From contig CAVZMI010000024.1 in the NCBI GenBank assembly GCA_963776275.1, positions 1 through 16,858 of the forward strand: a stretch of 16,858 bases of DNA, in the 5' to 3' direction. The notes under the pieces are model-generated. The model was not told the DNA's origin. It did no database searches and saw only the letters and a list, made by a program, of their open reading frames with translations. Positions 1 through 8,979 of the stretch are shown here, in pieces. A program made the translations under genes and the position numbers. Source of the stretch: Ignavibacteriota bacterium (lineage in GTDB: Bacteria > Bacteroidota > Ignavibacteria > UBA10030 > CAVZMI01). The stretch's first letter is position 1. Each line of letters starts with the position of its first letter.

Positions 1-1904
1 TATTTCATAAGAACAAGTTTTTTCGTCATTGTGAAATTGTTGGCCTTCATCGTGTAGAAATACATACCGCTGGCAAGTGTACTCCCGTCCATCGTCACCT
101 TATAAATTCCAGGGGATTTCACCTCGTTCACCAATGTTGCCATCCTGTGTCCGAGTATATCAAATACTTCAAGTGTTACAAATGACTGTTTTGCAATTTT
201 GAATTCGATATTGGTCGTGGGATTAAAAGGATTGGGATAATTCTGACTGAGACCGAAATCCTTCGGAATAGCATTGTCGAGGCGCTCGATTGCATTAGTT
301 GCCGCCGTCGTAAAATGCCATGTCGAAGAGTACTCGCTTGTTCCCTCCCCGTTTTTTGAGCAGACATGCCAGTAATAGATTCTCGCTGTATCAAGATTTG
401 ATATAATCATCGATGTGGTGGCCGTCGTATCATTGACAAACGTTGTTGCAAAACCAGAGTCGATTGAAACCTGTACCCGATATGAAGTTGCCAAGGACGC
501 AACATTCCACTGCAGTGTCAAGGGGCTCGGTTGAGCAGTTGCGCCATTTACGGGTGAGAGGAGCGTTGGCGCTGGAAGTACGGTTTTAAAGTTCCGGTAG
601 GTCGAAAAGTCGCTCTCTCCGGCAGCATTCTTTGTACTCACATGCCAGTAGTATGTTTGATTATGCGTAAGCCCTGTGATCTGTCTGGATGTTGTCGTGA
701 TAGTCGTATCGTCGATGTAATTTATCAAGAAATTGGAGCTTGTTGACACCTGCAGGTGATACTTTGACGCAGTCGGTACGGCATTCCAGCTTAGCGTTGG
801 ATTTACTGGGACTCCCAAAGCTCCATCGGCAGGAGAAATAAGAATCGGTGCTGTCTCCGGTGGAAGTGGAATTGTCCTGAAATGCCGGGCGGCGGAATAT
901 GCACTCCACCCTTTTGTGTTTTTGGCACTCACTCTCCAGTAATATACCGTGTAGTTTGTAAGCCCGGATGTGCTGTATTGTGTAGCGGCAATTGATGAGT
1001 CGTCGACGTAAGTTGTCGCAAATGATGATGACGTCGACACCTGTAGCCGATATTTATCTGCGCCCGTCGACGGATACCATGATAATACAGTACTGATGGG
1101 GATATCGACCGCGCTATCAGCCGGAGAATTCAGTGTTGGTACTGGCGGCGCACCCAACTGTGTTGAGAATAATCGTGTCGTCGAATACTCTGAAGTACCC
1201 GCTGTATTCTTGGCGTTGACTCGCCAGTAATATGTCATGCTGGTTGTGAGTCCGGATACTACTATTGATGTATCGATGAGAGTCGAATCGTTAAAGACAG
1301 AAGTCGTGAACGACGAGCTTGTCGATACCTGTAAATGATATGTTTCTGCGCCAATCGCTTTGTTCCATATTAGCGTGGGTGCTGTTGAGGATACGGTATC
1401 TCCGTTTGCCGGAGAGACCAGAGTAGGTTGAAATGGACGGCCAAATGACCCCTCGGTTATCACTGCGGGTGGAATACCCTCATTGAATCTGAAGTAGCTA
1501 AACCGCAGCACTGAACGGCTATTGGCGTCGCCCAAAATTCTAAATTTTATATTAATTAATTTCCCTGAGCCTTTGAGAGGGTCTCCCGCCAATATGCTTC
1601 CCGCAAATCTATATATACCGAATGCGGCACTGTCCGGGTTATCCACAATCACCATCTTATTTGATGTGATAGTGCCAACCGTGTCATAAGCCGATCCCGA
1701 AAGCGGTTGCAGAACCGCTGGATCGAAGAGCATTCTAAAATCATATCCTTCAACGTCCGATCCCGTGAGATCGCTGACATTTATCGGAATCTTAACGGTA
1801 TCCCCTGTCGCCCCTTTTGTGCCCTTGGGAAAGCTGACCTGTACCTGGCTGTAAGCAGTACTTCCTATCATAACGATGAAAAGCAGAACCAAGAATTTCT
1901 TCAT
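1..1904 (-). CDS. Secreted protein (634 aa): signal peptide, cohesin-like beta-sandwich, four FN3-like repeats, T9SS type A C-terminal sorting domain. The last base of the probable stop codon lies outside the window.
   Basis: Manual minus-strand translation from ATG 1904 (SD AAGGAGG at 1915-1909): MKKFLVLLFIVMIGSTAYSQ...GDTVKIPINVSD...FDPAVLQ...GSGKLINIKFRI. Four repeats of P.L.SP..G...L.W...Y.(L/V)QVS...YYW.V..KN..G.S.(Y/F)S follow. It ends LSQNYPNPFNPTTNIEF...LASGMYFYTM...TKKLVLMK-TA. The ORF track omits it because the stop is cut by the window edge. Confidence 0.9.
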   Translation of the reverse strand, partial: MKKFLVLLFIVMIGSTAYSQVQVSFPKGTKGATGDTVKIPINVSDLTGSDVEGYDFRMLFDPAVLQPLSGSAYDTVGTITSNKMVIVDNPDSAAFGIYRFAGSILAGDPLKGSGKLINIKFRILGDANSRSVLRFSYFRFNEGIPPAVITEGSFGRPFQPTLVSPANGDTVSSTAPTLIWNKAIGAETYHLQVSTSSSFTTSVFNDSTLIDTSIVVSGLTTSMTYYWRVNAKNTAGTSEYSTTRLFSTQLGAPPVPTLNSPADSAVDIPISTVLSWYPSTGADKYRLQVSTSSSFATTYVDDSSIAATQYSTSGLTNYTVYYWRVSAKNTKGWSAYSAARHFRTIPLPPETAPILISPADGALGVPVNPTLSWNAVPTASKYHLQVSTSSNFLINYIDDTTITTTSRQITGLTHNQTYYWHVSTKNAAGESDFSTYRNFKTVLPAPTLLSPVNGATAQPSPLTLQWNVASLATSYRVQVSIDSGFATTFVNDTTATTSMIISNLDTARIYYWHVCSKNGEGTSEYSSTWHFTTAATNAIERLDNAIPKDFGLSQNYPNPFNPTTNIEFKIAKQSFVTLEVFDILGHRMATLVNEVKSPGIYKVTMDGSTLASGMYFYTMKANNFTMTKKLVLMK

Positions 1905-1947
1905 TGTGCCTCCTTCATGATTGAAATTAATATTTGAATCTGTACGC

Positions 1948-1976
1948 AGTATACTGAATTGAGGTGGTATTGTCAA
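1948..1976 (-). promoter_or_regulatory. Sigma70-type promoter for the T9SS-cargo gene
   Basis: Minus strand: TTGACA (1976-1971), 17-bp spacer, TATACT (1953-1948), about 45 nt upstream of the ATG at 1904. Confidence 0.7.
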
Positions 1977-2076
1977 GGATATAAGTCACGAAATCCTGTT
2001 GATGATGATCACAATCCCTTGCTTGTTATTAGGAAGATACTAAATTATAAAATAAAAATCATATTCGGAAAACCTC

Positions 2077-4539
2077 ATGAAAATTCTCAAATTTGGCGGG
2101 TCTTCGGTATCAAACGCAGAGCGTGTCCGGGAAGTGACACGGATCATTCTCGAATCGGCAAAGAAAGAACCTTTAATAATCGTTGTTTCGGCATTCCAAG
2201 GGATCACCAATCAACTTCTCGAATGCGCCGCGCTTGCCGAAGCCGGCAATCCGACATATGGAAAGCTGTATACGAAGATCGTGAAACGACACGAATCAAT
2301 GATCTCGTCGCTATTCAAAAATCATAGAAACAGAACGCTTGAATCAGAGATTACCCAGTTACTGGGCGAGTTGCACGACGTTCTTCATGGTATCAATTTA
2401 CTCCGCCATGCCCCTGAGCGATCGCTCGACCTGACAGCCAGTTTCGGGGAACGTCTCTCGACGCTCATTCTCTCGGCGTTCATCAATGTAAAACGGACTT
2501 CAGTACCCGTTGATACCCGCGATATGATTATTACCGACGATCAATTTACGCATGCGGCAGTTCAATTCGACAAAACAAATGTCGCAATCCGCCGGTATTT
2601 TAATCGTCTCTTCGCACATAAGAAGCGTTTACCGATTCCTGTTGTGACGGGATTCATTGCTTCCACGGAAGATGGAAGAACCACAACTCTTGGCCGGAAC
2701 GGCTCGGATTATACCGCTGCAATCATCGGAGCAGCGATGCATGCTTCGGTCGTAGAAATCTGGACTGATGTTGATGGTGTAATGAGCGCCGATCCCCGCG
2801 CTGTTCCTTCTGCATTTGTCATTCCGAGGCTATCGTATGAAGAGGCGATGGAAATGTCGTTCTTCGGTGCAAAGGTGCTGCATTCGGCTACTATCGCACC
2901 TGCGGTTGCGGAAAAAATTCCGATTCTCATTAAAAATACGTTGAATCCTTCGGCGCCCGGGACGTTGATCTCAGAAAGTGCCGAAACCTGGGAGGGAAGC
3001 GCCAAAGGAATGAGCTCGGTCGATCAGGTGTCGCTCCTGACCGTACGCGGTCTCGGAATGGTGGGGGTCCACGGGACGGCCGAACGATTGTTTCGGGCGC
3101 TTGCGACGGCGGGGATCAATATCATCCTGATCTCGCAGGCTTCCTCGGAACATACCATCTGTTTCGCCGTCTCGAGCGCAGATACCGATCGGGCAAGTGA
3201 AGCGATCCGAAACGAATTTCATTATGAAGTCCAGAACAATCTAACGGTGATCGATGTTAGAAAGGATCAGACCATCATTGCCGTAGTCGGTGAAAATATG
3301 CAGGGAACGCCGGGAGTGTCGGGCCGCGTCTTCAGCGCGGTCGGCCGAAATGCGATTAACGTTAATGCAATCGCACAGGGAGGATCGGAGCTGAATATTT
3401 CGTTTGTGATCGATGGATCGCAGCGCGTCCGTGCGTTGAACGTCGTCCATGAAGCATTTTTCGAAAAGAGGAAGAAGCTCGCACTGATTATCATCGGAGT
3501 CGGCAATATCGGCTCAACGCTGTTGAAGCAGTTGCATCAACAGAGAAAATTTTTAATCGAGAATGGATTCGACGTGCGCGTATGTGGTATTTCCAACAGC
3601 AAGCAGTATGTTTTGTCAAATGAAGGCATCGATCCTGGAGAATGGAGAAAAGCTCTTGATACTTCTCCCTACCGGTTCAATCCGGATGAGTTTATAACCC
3701 AGATAACAAAAATGGAATTAACAAACGCAGCGCTGGTCGATTGTACGGCAAGCTCGGAAATTGTCGACCGGTATCCTGACTTTGTCCGCGCGAACATGCA
3801 CATTGTGACTCCAAACAAAAAGGCGAATGTGCTTCCATGGAAACGGTATCAGGAGCTTATGGATGTTCTAAGGAAGCGGCAAAAATTCTTTTTCTATGAA
3901 GCGAATGTCGGTGCCGGACTTCCGGTTATCTCCACACTTCAGGATCTGATGGCCAGCGGCGATACGGTCATAAAAATCGAAGGAATATTTTCAGGAACTC
4001 TTAGTTATATCTTTAATTGCTATGATGGGAGCCGGCCCTTCAGCGCACTCTTACGTGAAGCGCACAAACTCGGATATACCGAGCCCGATCCGCGTGACGA
4101 TCTCTCAGGTCAAGATGTTGCACGAAAGATTCTTATTCTGGCGCGTCAGCTTGGACTCCAGATGGATCTCGATGATATTTATATTCAGAATCTGGTGCCT
4201 CCACGATTGCGGAACGGAAAATTCTCGATGGATTTTTTCAAGTCACTTCGTGACACCGATGCGGCCTTCGAACGCCTCCTCTCCGAGGCACGTTCACACG
4301 GCTCGATACTCCGCTATGTAGGATGGCTTTCGAATGGAGCGGCCCGGGCCGAGATCAAAGAATATCCGTCGAATCACCCCTTTGCGTCGACGAAGGATAC
4401 CGATAATATCATTGCGTTTACGACACAGCGCTATGCAAAGACTCCTCTTATCATACAGGGACCGGGAGCAGGAGCAGACGTGACGGCGATGGGAGTGTTC
4501 TCGGATATCAGGAAGCTGCTGTATTATCTTCCATTCTGA
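2077..4539 (+). CDS. thrA: Bifunctional aspartate kinase / homoserine dehydrogenase I
   Basis: 820 aa. It has the N-terminal KFGGSSV, TTTLGRNGSDYTA and WTDVDG aspartokinase motifs, two ACT domains, the GVGNIG Rossmann motif, and YEANVGAGLP, GYTEPDPRDDLSG and GPGAGADVTA homoserine dehydrogenase motifs. Confidence 0.96.
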   Translation: MKILKFGGSSVSNAERVREVTRIILESAKKEPLIIVVSAFQGITNQLLECAALAEAGNPTYGKLYTKIVKRHESMISSLFKNHRNRTLESEITQLLGELHDVLHGINLLRHAPERSLDLTASFGERLSTLILSAFINVKRTSVPVDTRDMIITDDQFTHAAVQFDKTNVAIRRYFNRLFAHKKRLPIPVVTGFIASTEDGRTTTLGRNGSDYTAAIIGAAMHASVVEIWTDVDGVMSADPRAVPSAFVIPRLSYEEAMEMSFFGAKVLHSATIAPAVAEKIPILIKNTLNPSAPGTLISESAETWEGSAKGMSSVDQVSLLTVRGLGMVGVHGTAERLFRALATAGINIILISQASSEHTICFAVSSADTDRASEAIRNEFHYEVQNNLTVIDVRKDQTIIAVVGENMQGTPGVSGRVFSAVGRNAINVNAIAQGGSELNISFVIDGSQRVRALNVVHEAFFEKRKKLALIIIGVGNIGSTLLKQLHQQRKFLIENGFDVRVCGISNSKQYVLSNEGIDPGEWRKALDTSPYRFNPDEFITQITKMELTNAALVDCTASSEIVDRYPDFVRANMHIVTPNKKANVLPWKRYQELMDVLRKRQKFFFYEANVGAGLPVISTLQDLMASGDTVIKIEGIFSGTLSYIFNCYDGSRPFSALLREAHKLGYTEPDPRDDLSGQDVARKILILARQLGLQMDLDDIYIQNLVPPRLRNGKFSMDFFKSLRDTDAAFERLLSEARSHGSILRYVGWLSNGAARAEIKEYPSNHPFASTKDTDNIIAFTTQRYAKTPLIIQGPGAGADVTAMGVFSDIRKLLYYLPF

Positions 4540-4584
4540 GGCGATAAGGAAAAGAATCAAATAATGTCTATATGGCATTTGGTC

Positions 4585-4695
4585 AAGGAAAAAGTGAAAA
4601 GTAAAAAGTAAAAAGTGAAGTGGAGAAAGTGAAAAGTAAGGATTTTTTCTCGCACATTTTCACACTTTTTCCTTTTGCCGTTTACCTTTTTACTT
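4585..4695. repeat. Gene-less inverted heptamer-array element with 33-bp arms (4585-4617 and 4663-4695). It forms a hairpin and may double as the thrA terminator.
   Basis: Left arm AAGG-AAAAAGT-GAAAAGT-AAAAAGT-AAAAAGT-G. Right arm CACTTTTTCCTTTTGCCGTTTACCTTTTTACTT. The arms are 26/33 complementary. They match the arms around 9749-10096 at 30/33 (left) and 31/33 (right). Confidence 0.85.
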
Positions 4696-4741
4696 AAGCT
4701 ATAGCCAAAGAAAAGGTTACAGACGAATTTCATCTTTTTTA

Positions 4742-4770
4742 TTGTTATATTTCCAGATAATATTTATAAT
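4742..4770 (+). promoter_or_regulatory. Sigma70-type promoter for the ABC transporter operon
   Basis: TTGTTA (4742-4747), 17 bp, TATAAT (4765-4770), upstream of GGAG (4787-4790) and GTG 4797. Confidence 0.55.
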
Positions 4771-4796
4771 CACATGCCACTTCCTTGGAGCGAAAT

Positions 4797-5828
4797 GTGA
4801 GCAACACGGTGAAGCCGTTGTTTCTCGGGCTGCTTTTTGTTTTCCTCGGTTGTTCTCAGCGTTCAGGAAACCAGCAGGTTACGATTCGCATCGGATACTT
4901 TCCCAACATTACACACTCGCAGGCACTCATCGGATTCTCAGCAGAACGCGGAGATTTTAAAAAAATTTTCGGTGATAGCGTCCGAATAGATCCAAAAATC
5001 TTCAACGCCGGACCCTCTGCAATCGAGGCGCTATTTGCCGGCGAACTCGATCTAGCTTATATCGGTCCGAATCCCTCGATAAACGGCTATGTGAAATCGC
5101 GTGGTGAGGCTTTACGAATTATTGCCGGCGCAACAAGCGGCGGTGCTGTGTTTGTCGCACGTCCCGGAGTGGCAATCAAAACACCGGCAGACTGGTCGGG
5201 CAAACGCGTCGCATCTCCTCAATTAGGTAATACGCAGGATGTCGCCCTCCGTTACTATCTTGTTTCGAACGGATTAAAAACAAGAGAAAATGGTGGGACG
5301 GTCACGATTATTCCTACTCAAAATCCCGATATTCTCACACTTTTTCACAAAGGAGAAATTGACGGCGCCTGGGTGCCGGAACCGTGGGGAGCCAGACTTG
5401 TGAAGGAAGCCGGCGGAACGATCATTCTGGATGAAAGGGATCTCTGGCCCGACCGGCGGTTTGAAACGGCAAATATCATAATCAGTACAAAATTTTTAAA
5501 TCAACATCCATTCCTGGTGAAACAATTTTTACTTACGCATGTTCAATTAACGCAATGGATTAACGCTCACCCGTCGGAAGCGAAATCAATCGCGAATGCG
5601 GAAATACGACGCCTCACGGGTAAAGCATTAAGTGCCGAAGTGCTTGAGAACGCATGGCAGCGGTTTGATTGTACGTATGATCCCATTTCGGCCTCGCTCT
5701 ATGTTTCAGCAGACCGGGCGTTTGTACTCGGATATCTAGGAGACACAAAACCGGATCTCTCCGGAATTTTCGATCTCCGATTGCTCAATGAAGTACTTGA
5801 CGAATTAAATCTACCGCCCGTTCAATGA
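4797..5828 (+). CDS. ABC transporter substrate-binding lipoprotein, SsuA/TauA/NrtA-like (sulfonate/nitrate/taurine class)
   Basis: RIGYFPNITHSQAL, FNAGPSAIEALFAGELDLAYIGPNP, PQLGNTQDVALR and WVPEPW motifs. Lipobox FLGC. GTG 4797 is preferred over TTG 4785 because GGAG lies 6 nt upstream. Confidence 0.88.
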   Translation: MSNTVKPLFLGLLFVFLGCSQRSGNQQVTIRIGYFPNITHSQALIGFSAERGDFKKIFGDSVRIDPKIFNAGPSAIEALFAGELDLAYIGPNPSINGYVKSRGEALRIIAGATSGGAVFVARPGVAIKTPADWSGKRVASPQLGNTQDVALRYYLVSNGLKTRENGGTVTIIPTQNPDILTLFHKGEIDGAWVPEPWGARLVKEAGGTIILDERDLWPDRRFETANIIISTKFLNQHPFLVKQFLLTHVQLTQWINAHPSEAKSIANAEIRRLTGKALSAEVLENAWQRFDCTYDPISASLYVSADRAFVLGYLGDTKPDLSGIFDLRLLNEVLDELNLPPVQ

Positions 5829-6607
5829 ATCTAATCATACAAAATATCAGCAAGTCATTTTCAAGCCGAAACGATCGAATCGATGCTTTAAAAAATATAT
5901 CGTTCAATGTTGCATCGGGTGAATTTGTATGTCTTCTCGGACCATCGGGGTGCGGTAAGTCTACTCTCTTGAATATCATTGCCGGGTTGGAACAACCCGA
6001 TTCAGGCTTTGTGTATTGTGACAGTCGCGTTGTGACCACACCAAGTACAGACCGTATAGTGATATTTCAGGAGCCTGCGCTTTTTCCGTGGCTGAGGGTC
6101 GTCGAGAATGTTGAATTTGGATTGACCGTCAATAAGATGCCGCCCAAAAAACGCCGGGAGGTAGCTCAGAGGTTTCTATCCATGGTACATCTCTCCCGTT
6201 TTCAACATGCGGCAATCCATGAGCTGTCGGGCGGGATGAAACAAAGGGTTGCGCTTGCCAGGGCGCTTGCCCTCGATCCGGCGGTGTTATTGATGGATGA
6301 GCCGTTCGGAGCCCTCGATGCACAGACACGCGACCTGCTTCATATCGAACTCCAGGAGATATGGGAATCGACAAAAAAAACCATTGTCTTTGTAACACAT
6401 AACGTCCGGGAAGCGATTCGTCTGGGCGATCGCGTTCTTGTGATGTCGGCGCGGCCCGGATTTATCAAACGTGAATTTATTGTCAACCTTCCGCGGCCAA
6501 GGCAGATGGAAGACCACGGACTCGTCGATACCGCGCGGTTAATCCTCGCTGAACTGCGAGATGAAGTTAATCGAGCACTGGCAGAGGAGGTGAATGGTGA
6601 AGCGTAA
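5825..6607 (+). CDS. ABC transporter ATP-binding protein, SsuB/TauB/NrtD-like
   Basis: Walker A GPSGCGKST, Q-loop FQEPALFPW, signature LSGGMKQR, Walker B LLMDEPFGALD, H-loop VTH. ATGA overlap with the upstream gene. Confidence 0.93.
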   Translation: MNLIIQNISKSFSSRNDRIDALKNISFNVASGEFVCLLGPSGCGKSTLLNIIAGLEQPDSGFVYCDSRVVTTPSTDRIVIFQEPALFPWLRVVENVEFGLTVNKMPPKKRREVAQRFLSMVHLSRFQHAAIHELSGGMKQRVALARALALDPAVLLMDEPFGALDAQTRDLLHIELQEIWESTKKTIVFVTHNVREAIRLGDRVLVMSARPGFIKREFIVNLPRPRQMEDHGLVDTARLILAELRDEVNRALAEEVNGEA

Positions 6608-7367
6608 TGCTTATCCACGTCGCTGGCTTTCTCCGGTTTTTTTTACGGCTTTGATTATCCTCTGGCAGGTCTTATATCAACTTCAACTCTGGCCTGTATA
6701 TCTTTTTCCCTCACCGGCCGATGTAATATCAACTCTTCTAAACGGTGTATCGAACGGGACGATCTTACAAGGTGTCGGTGCAAGCCTCTGGCGTCTCCTG
6801 ATAGGTTATATGATCTCGCTGGCTATCGGTATCCCGCTCGGGTTTGCATCCGGGCGGATCAAGAGATTTGATCAGACGGTAGGAAAGCTTCTCCTGGGAC
6901 TCCAGACACTTCCGAGCATTTGTTGGCTCCCGCTCGCACTTCTATGGTTTGGATTGAACGAACGTGCAATAGTGTTTGTCGTCGTTATGGGAGCTGTTCT
7001 CTCTATCGCACTCTCGGCGCGCGACGGCGTCCAGAGAGTCAGTCCTCTTTACCTCAGGGCTGCAACCAACATGGGTACAAAAGGATGGAATCTCCACGCC
7101 AGGGTTATTTTTCCTGCATCACTTCCCTCCATCGTCACCGGCATGAAACTCGGCTGGTCGTTCGCCTGGCGGTCGTTAATGGCAGGTGAGTTGTTATATG
7201 GTAATACCGGACTCGGTCAGCTCTTGATGATGGGGCGGGAGCTTAATGACATGAGTCAGGTCATTGCCATCATGCTTGTGATTGTTCTCCTGGGAGTTCT
7301 AACAGACCGCATCGTGTTTGCCCCGGTTGAACGTCGAATGCACGAACGGTGGGGACTTGGCCAATGA
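6594..7367 (+). CDS. ABC transporter permease, SsuC/TauC/NrtB-like
   Basis: Multiple hydrophobic helices, FPSP, LQTLPSICWLPLALLWFG and the EAA-loop-like YLRAATNMG...VIFPASLP. SD GAGGAGG upstream. Confidence 0.92.
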   Translation: MVKRNAYPRRWLSPVFFTALIILWQVLYQLQLWPVYLFPSPADVISTLLNGVSNGTILQGVGASLWRLLIGYMISLAIGIPLGFASGRIKRFDQTVGKLLLGLQTLPSICWLPLALLWFGLNERAIVFVVVMGAVLSIALSARDGVQRVSPLYLRAATNMGTKGWNLHARVIFPASLPSIVTGMKLGWSFAWRSLMAGELLYGNTGLGQLLMMGRELNDMSQVIAIMLVIVLLGVLTDRIVFAPVERRMHERWGLGQ

Positions 7368-8488
7368 ATGACCTTCATCTCTGTTTCATTCTCGATTCCT
7401 ACCCTCCGGCGATCGGTGGGGCAGAGACCTCTCTACAAAACATTTGCGAAGGACTCGCGCAGCGGAATTTTGATGTTGTTGTAATCACGGCCTGGTTCGG
7501 TGGAAATGGACCGGCTATAGAAAAGAGCGAAGGTCTTACCGTCGTCCGCCTCAGGATTCCTCGACTCCTTCGCCGGTTCTGGTTCGTTCAGCAGGCAATT
7601 CCCGCCATTCTCAGATATGCACGCAATTCTGATATCGTGGTCGGCAGCACTTACGGTGGTGTGCTCCCGGCTTTCCTTGGTTCTATTCTTCTGAAAAAAA
7701 AACGTGTGATGATGGTGCATGAAGTAATGAGGCACCGATGGTTCCGCTTTGAAAAAAATCCGCTGAAAGCTTTTTTTTATTATTTAACCGAGAAAATTCT
7801 CATCTGGCTTCCGTTTCAGAGAGTAGTTGCTGTATCGGAATATACGCGTAATGAATTATTGCACATGGGTATGAAGGATGAAGCTATCGATGTCATATAC
7901 CATGGAATGCCAGACGGTGGAGCGAAACCTATTAGAAATCGCGATGAGGTTCGTGCATCGCTTGGATTCGGGAAAGGCGATTTTCTCTATCTTGCCTACG
8001 GCCGCCTGGGCGTTACGAAAGGCTTTCAGTATCTTGCTCGTGCGATACCGGAGATAATACGACAAGTGCCTCAAGCCAGATTTTTATTGGTTTTTTTTGA
8101 CTATGATCGGCGGATCCGGCGTGAAATAAGGAAGGCTCTGGTAAAAGTCACATCGAACTCATACAGGCTATTTGATTCTGTCCCGCGTGAATTGTTAATT
8201 GATTATATCCATGCAGCAGATTGTGTGGTGATACCGTCGCTTTCGGAGGGATTTGGTTTTGCAGCACTTGAAGCATGCGCGGCAGGTACACCGCTCGTTG
8301 CGACAAAAGCCGGCGCTCTACCTGAGGTTGTGTACGGTCGTCATGTATTTGTTGAACCAGCTTCGGTCGAACAGCTTACGGAAGGCTGTCGGCAGGTGTT
8401 CGAAGGTAGGACTTTGTATTCCGAACCGAAAGATTTTCGTTGGGAAACATCGATTGAGAAATGGGAGATAATGTTTCGATCATTGTAA
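7364..8488 (+). CDS. Glycosyltransferase family 4 (GT-B)
   Basis: YPPAIGGAE N-terminal motif, GRL...KG, and SLSEGFGFAALEA (EX7E). ATG 7364 forms an ATGA overlap with the permease stop, so it is preferred over 7349. Confidence 0.92.
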   Translation: MNDLHLCFILDSYPPAIGGAETSLQNICEGLAQRNFDVVVITAWFGGNGPAIEKSEGLTVVRLRIPRLLRRFWFVQQAIPAILRYARNSDIVVGSTYGGVLPAFLGSILLKKKRVMMVHEVMRHRWFRFEKNPLKAFFYYLTEKILIWLPFQRVVAVSEYTRNELLHMGMKDEAIDVIYHGMPDGGAKPIRNRDEVRASLGFGKGDFLYLAYGRLGVTKGFQYLARAIPEIIRQVPQARFLLVFFDYDRRIRREIRKALVKVTSNSYRLFDSVPRELLIDYIHAADCVVIPSLSEGFGFAALEACAAGTPLVATKAGALPEVVYGRHVFVEPASVEQLTEGCRQVFEGRTLYSEPKDFRWETSIEKWEIMFRSL

Positions 8489-8526
8489 CAAGACGAGAGA
8501 TATATCATGATACAAAATACAATGCT

Positions 8527-8614
8527 GAGGAACAGGAAAAGGTGGAGGAAAAGGTAGAGGAAAAGTTTATCCCGAGCGAGTGAACGTAGTGAACGAGTCG
8601 AGGGGGTAAAGGGG
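8527..8614 (+). repeat. Left arm of cassette 1: purine-rich hexamer array (nAGGnn), interrupted by a 40-bp insert
   Basis: GAGGAA CAGGAA AAGGTG GAGGAA AAGGTA GAGGAA AA[insert 8565-8604]GGTA AAGGGG. AGG recurs every 6 nt. Confidence 0.75.
8565..8604. repeat. REP-like imperfect palindrome inserted in the hexamer array
   Basis: GTTTATCCCGAGCG-AGTGAACG-T-AGTGAACG-AGTCGAGGG. Removing it restores the 6-nt register of the flanking array exactly. Confidence 0.6.
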
Positions 8615-8616
8615 AG

Positions 8617-8979
8617 ATGTATAAATCTTTTAAAGAAATGCCGGTTTGGAAAGAAGCAATGTCGATTGCAGAGGAAGTGTTCCGGATTACAGAACAACTT
8701 CCTAAGAAAGAAGATTATGGATTAACCTCGCAAATCCGAAGATCCGCCTTGAGTATCTCCGCGAATATAGCAGAGGCATATGGACGTAAACACTCTCTTG
8801 ATAAAAGAAAATTTTATTATACAGTCAGAGGGTCAACGACAGAAACACAAAACCACTTGGAATACGGATTGCGTGTTGGTTATTTTAGTAGAATTCAAAT
8901 CGAAAATCTCGATAAACGATTGTGTCGAGTGTACAATGATCTAAATAAAATCGTTGTAACCCTAAAATCTTTACCTTAA
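8617..8979 (+). CDS. Four-helix-bundle protein (23S rRNA IVS protein / TIGR02436-like, Avd-related), copy 1
   Basis: 120 aa with family motifs F.EM.VW..A, LP..E.YGLTSQIRRSALSISANIAEAYGR and RGS..ET...L. Confidence 0.92.
   Translation: MYKSFKEMPVWKEAMSIAEEVFRITEQLPKKEDYGLTSQIRRSALSISANIAEAYGRKHSLDKRKFYYTVRGSTTETQNHLEYGLRVGYFSRIQIENLDKRLCRVYNDLNKIVVTLKSLP

Noticed and set aside
2019-2053. Promoter for thrA (TTGCTT/TTGTTA with TAAATT/TATAAA)
   Set aside because: Several weak alternatives exist in AT-rich DNA and none is distinctive enough to call.
176-2327. Short track ORFs 176-394, 661-909, 1707-1937 and 1959-2327
   Set aside because: They are alternative-frame or antisense shadows of the 634-aa T9SS protein and thrA, with no recognisable motifs.
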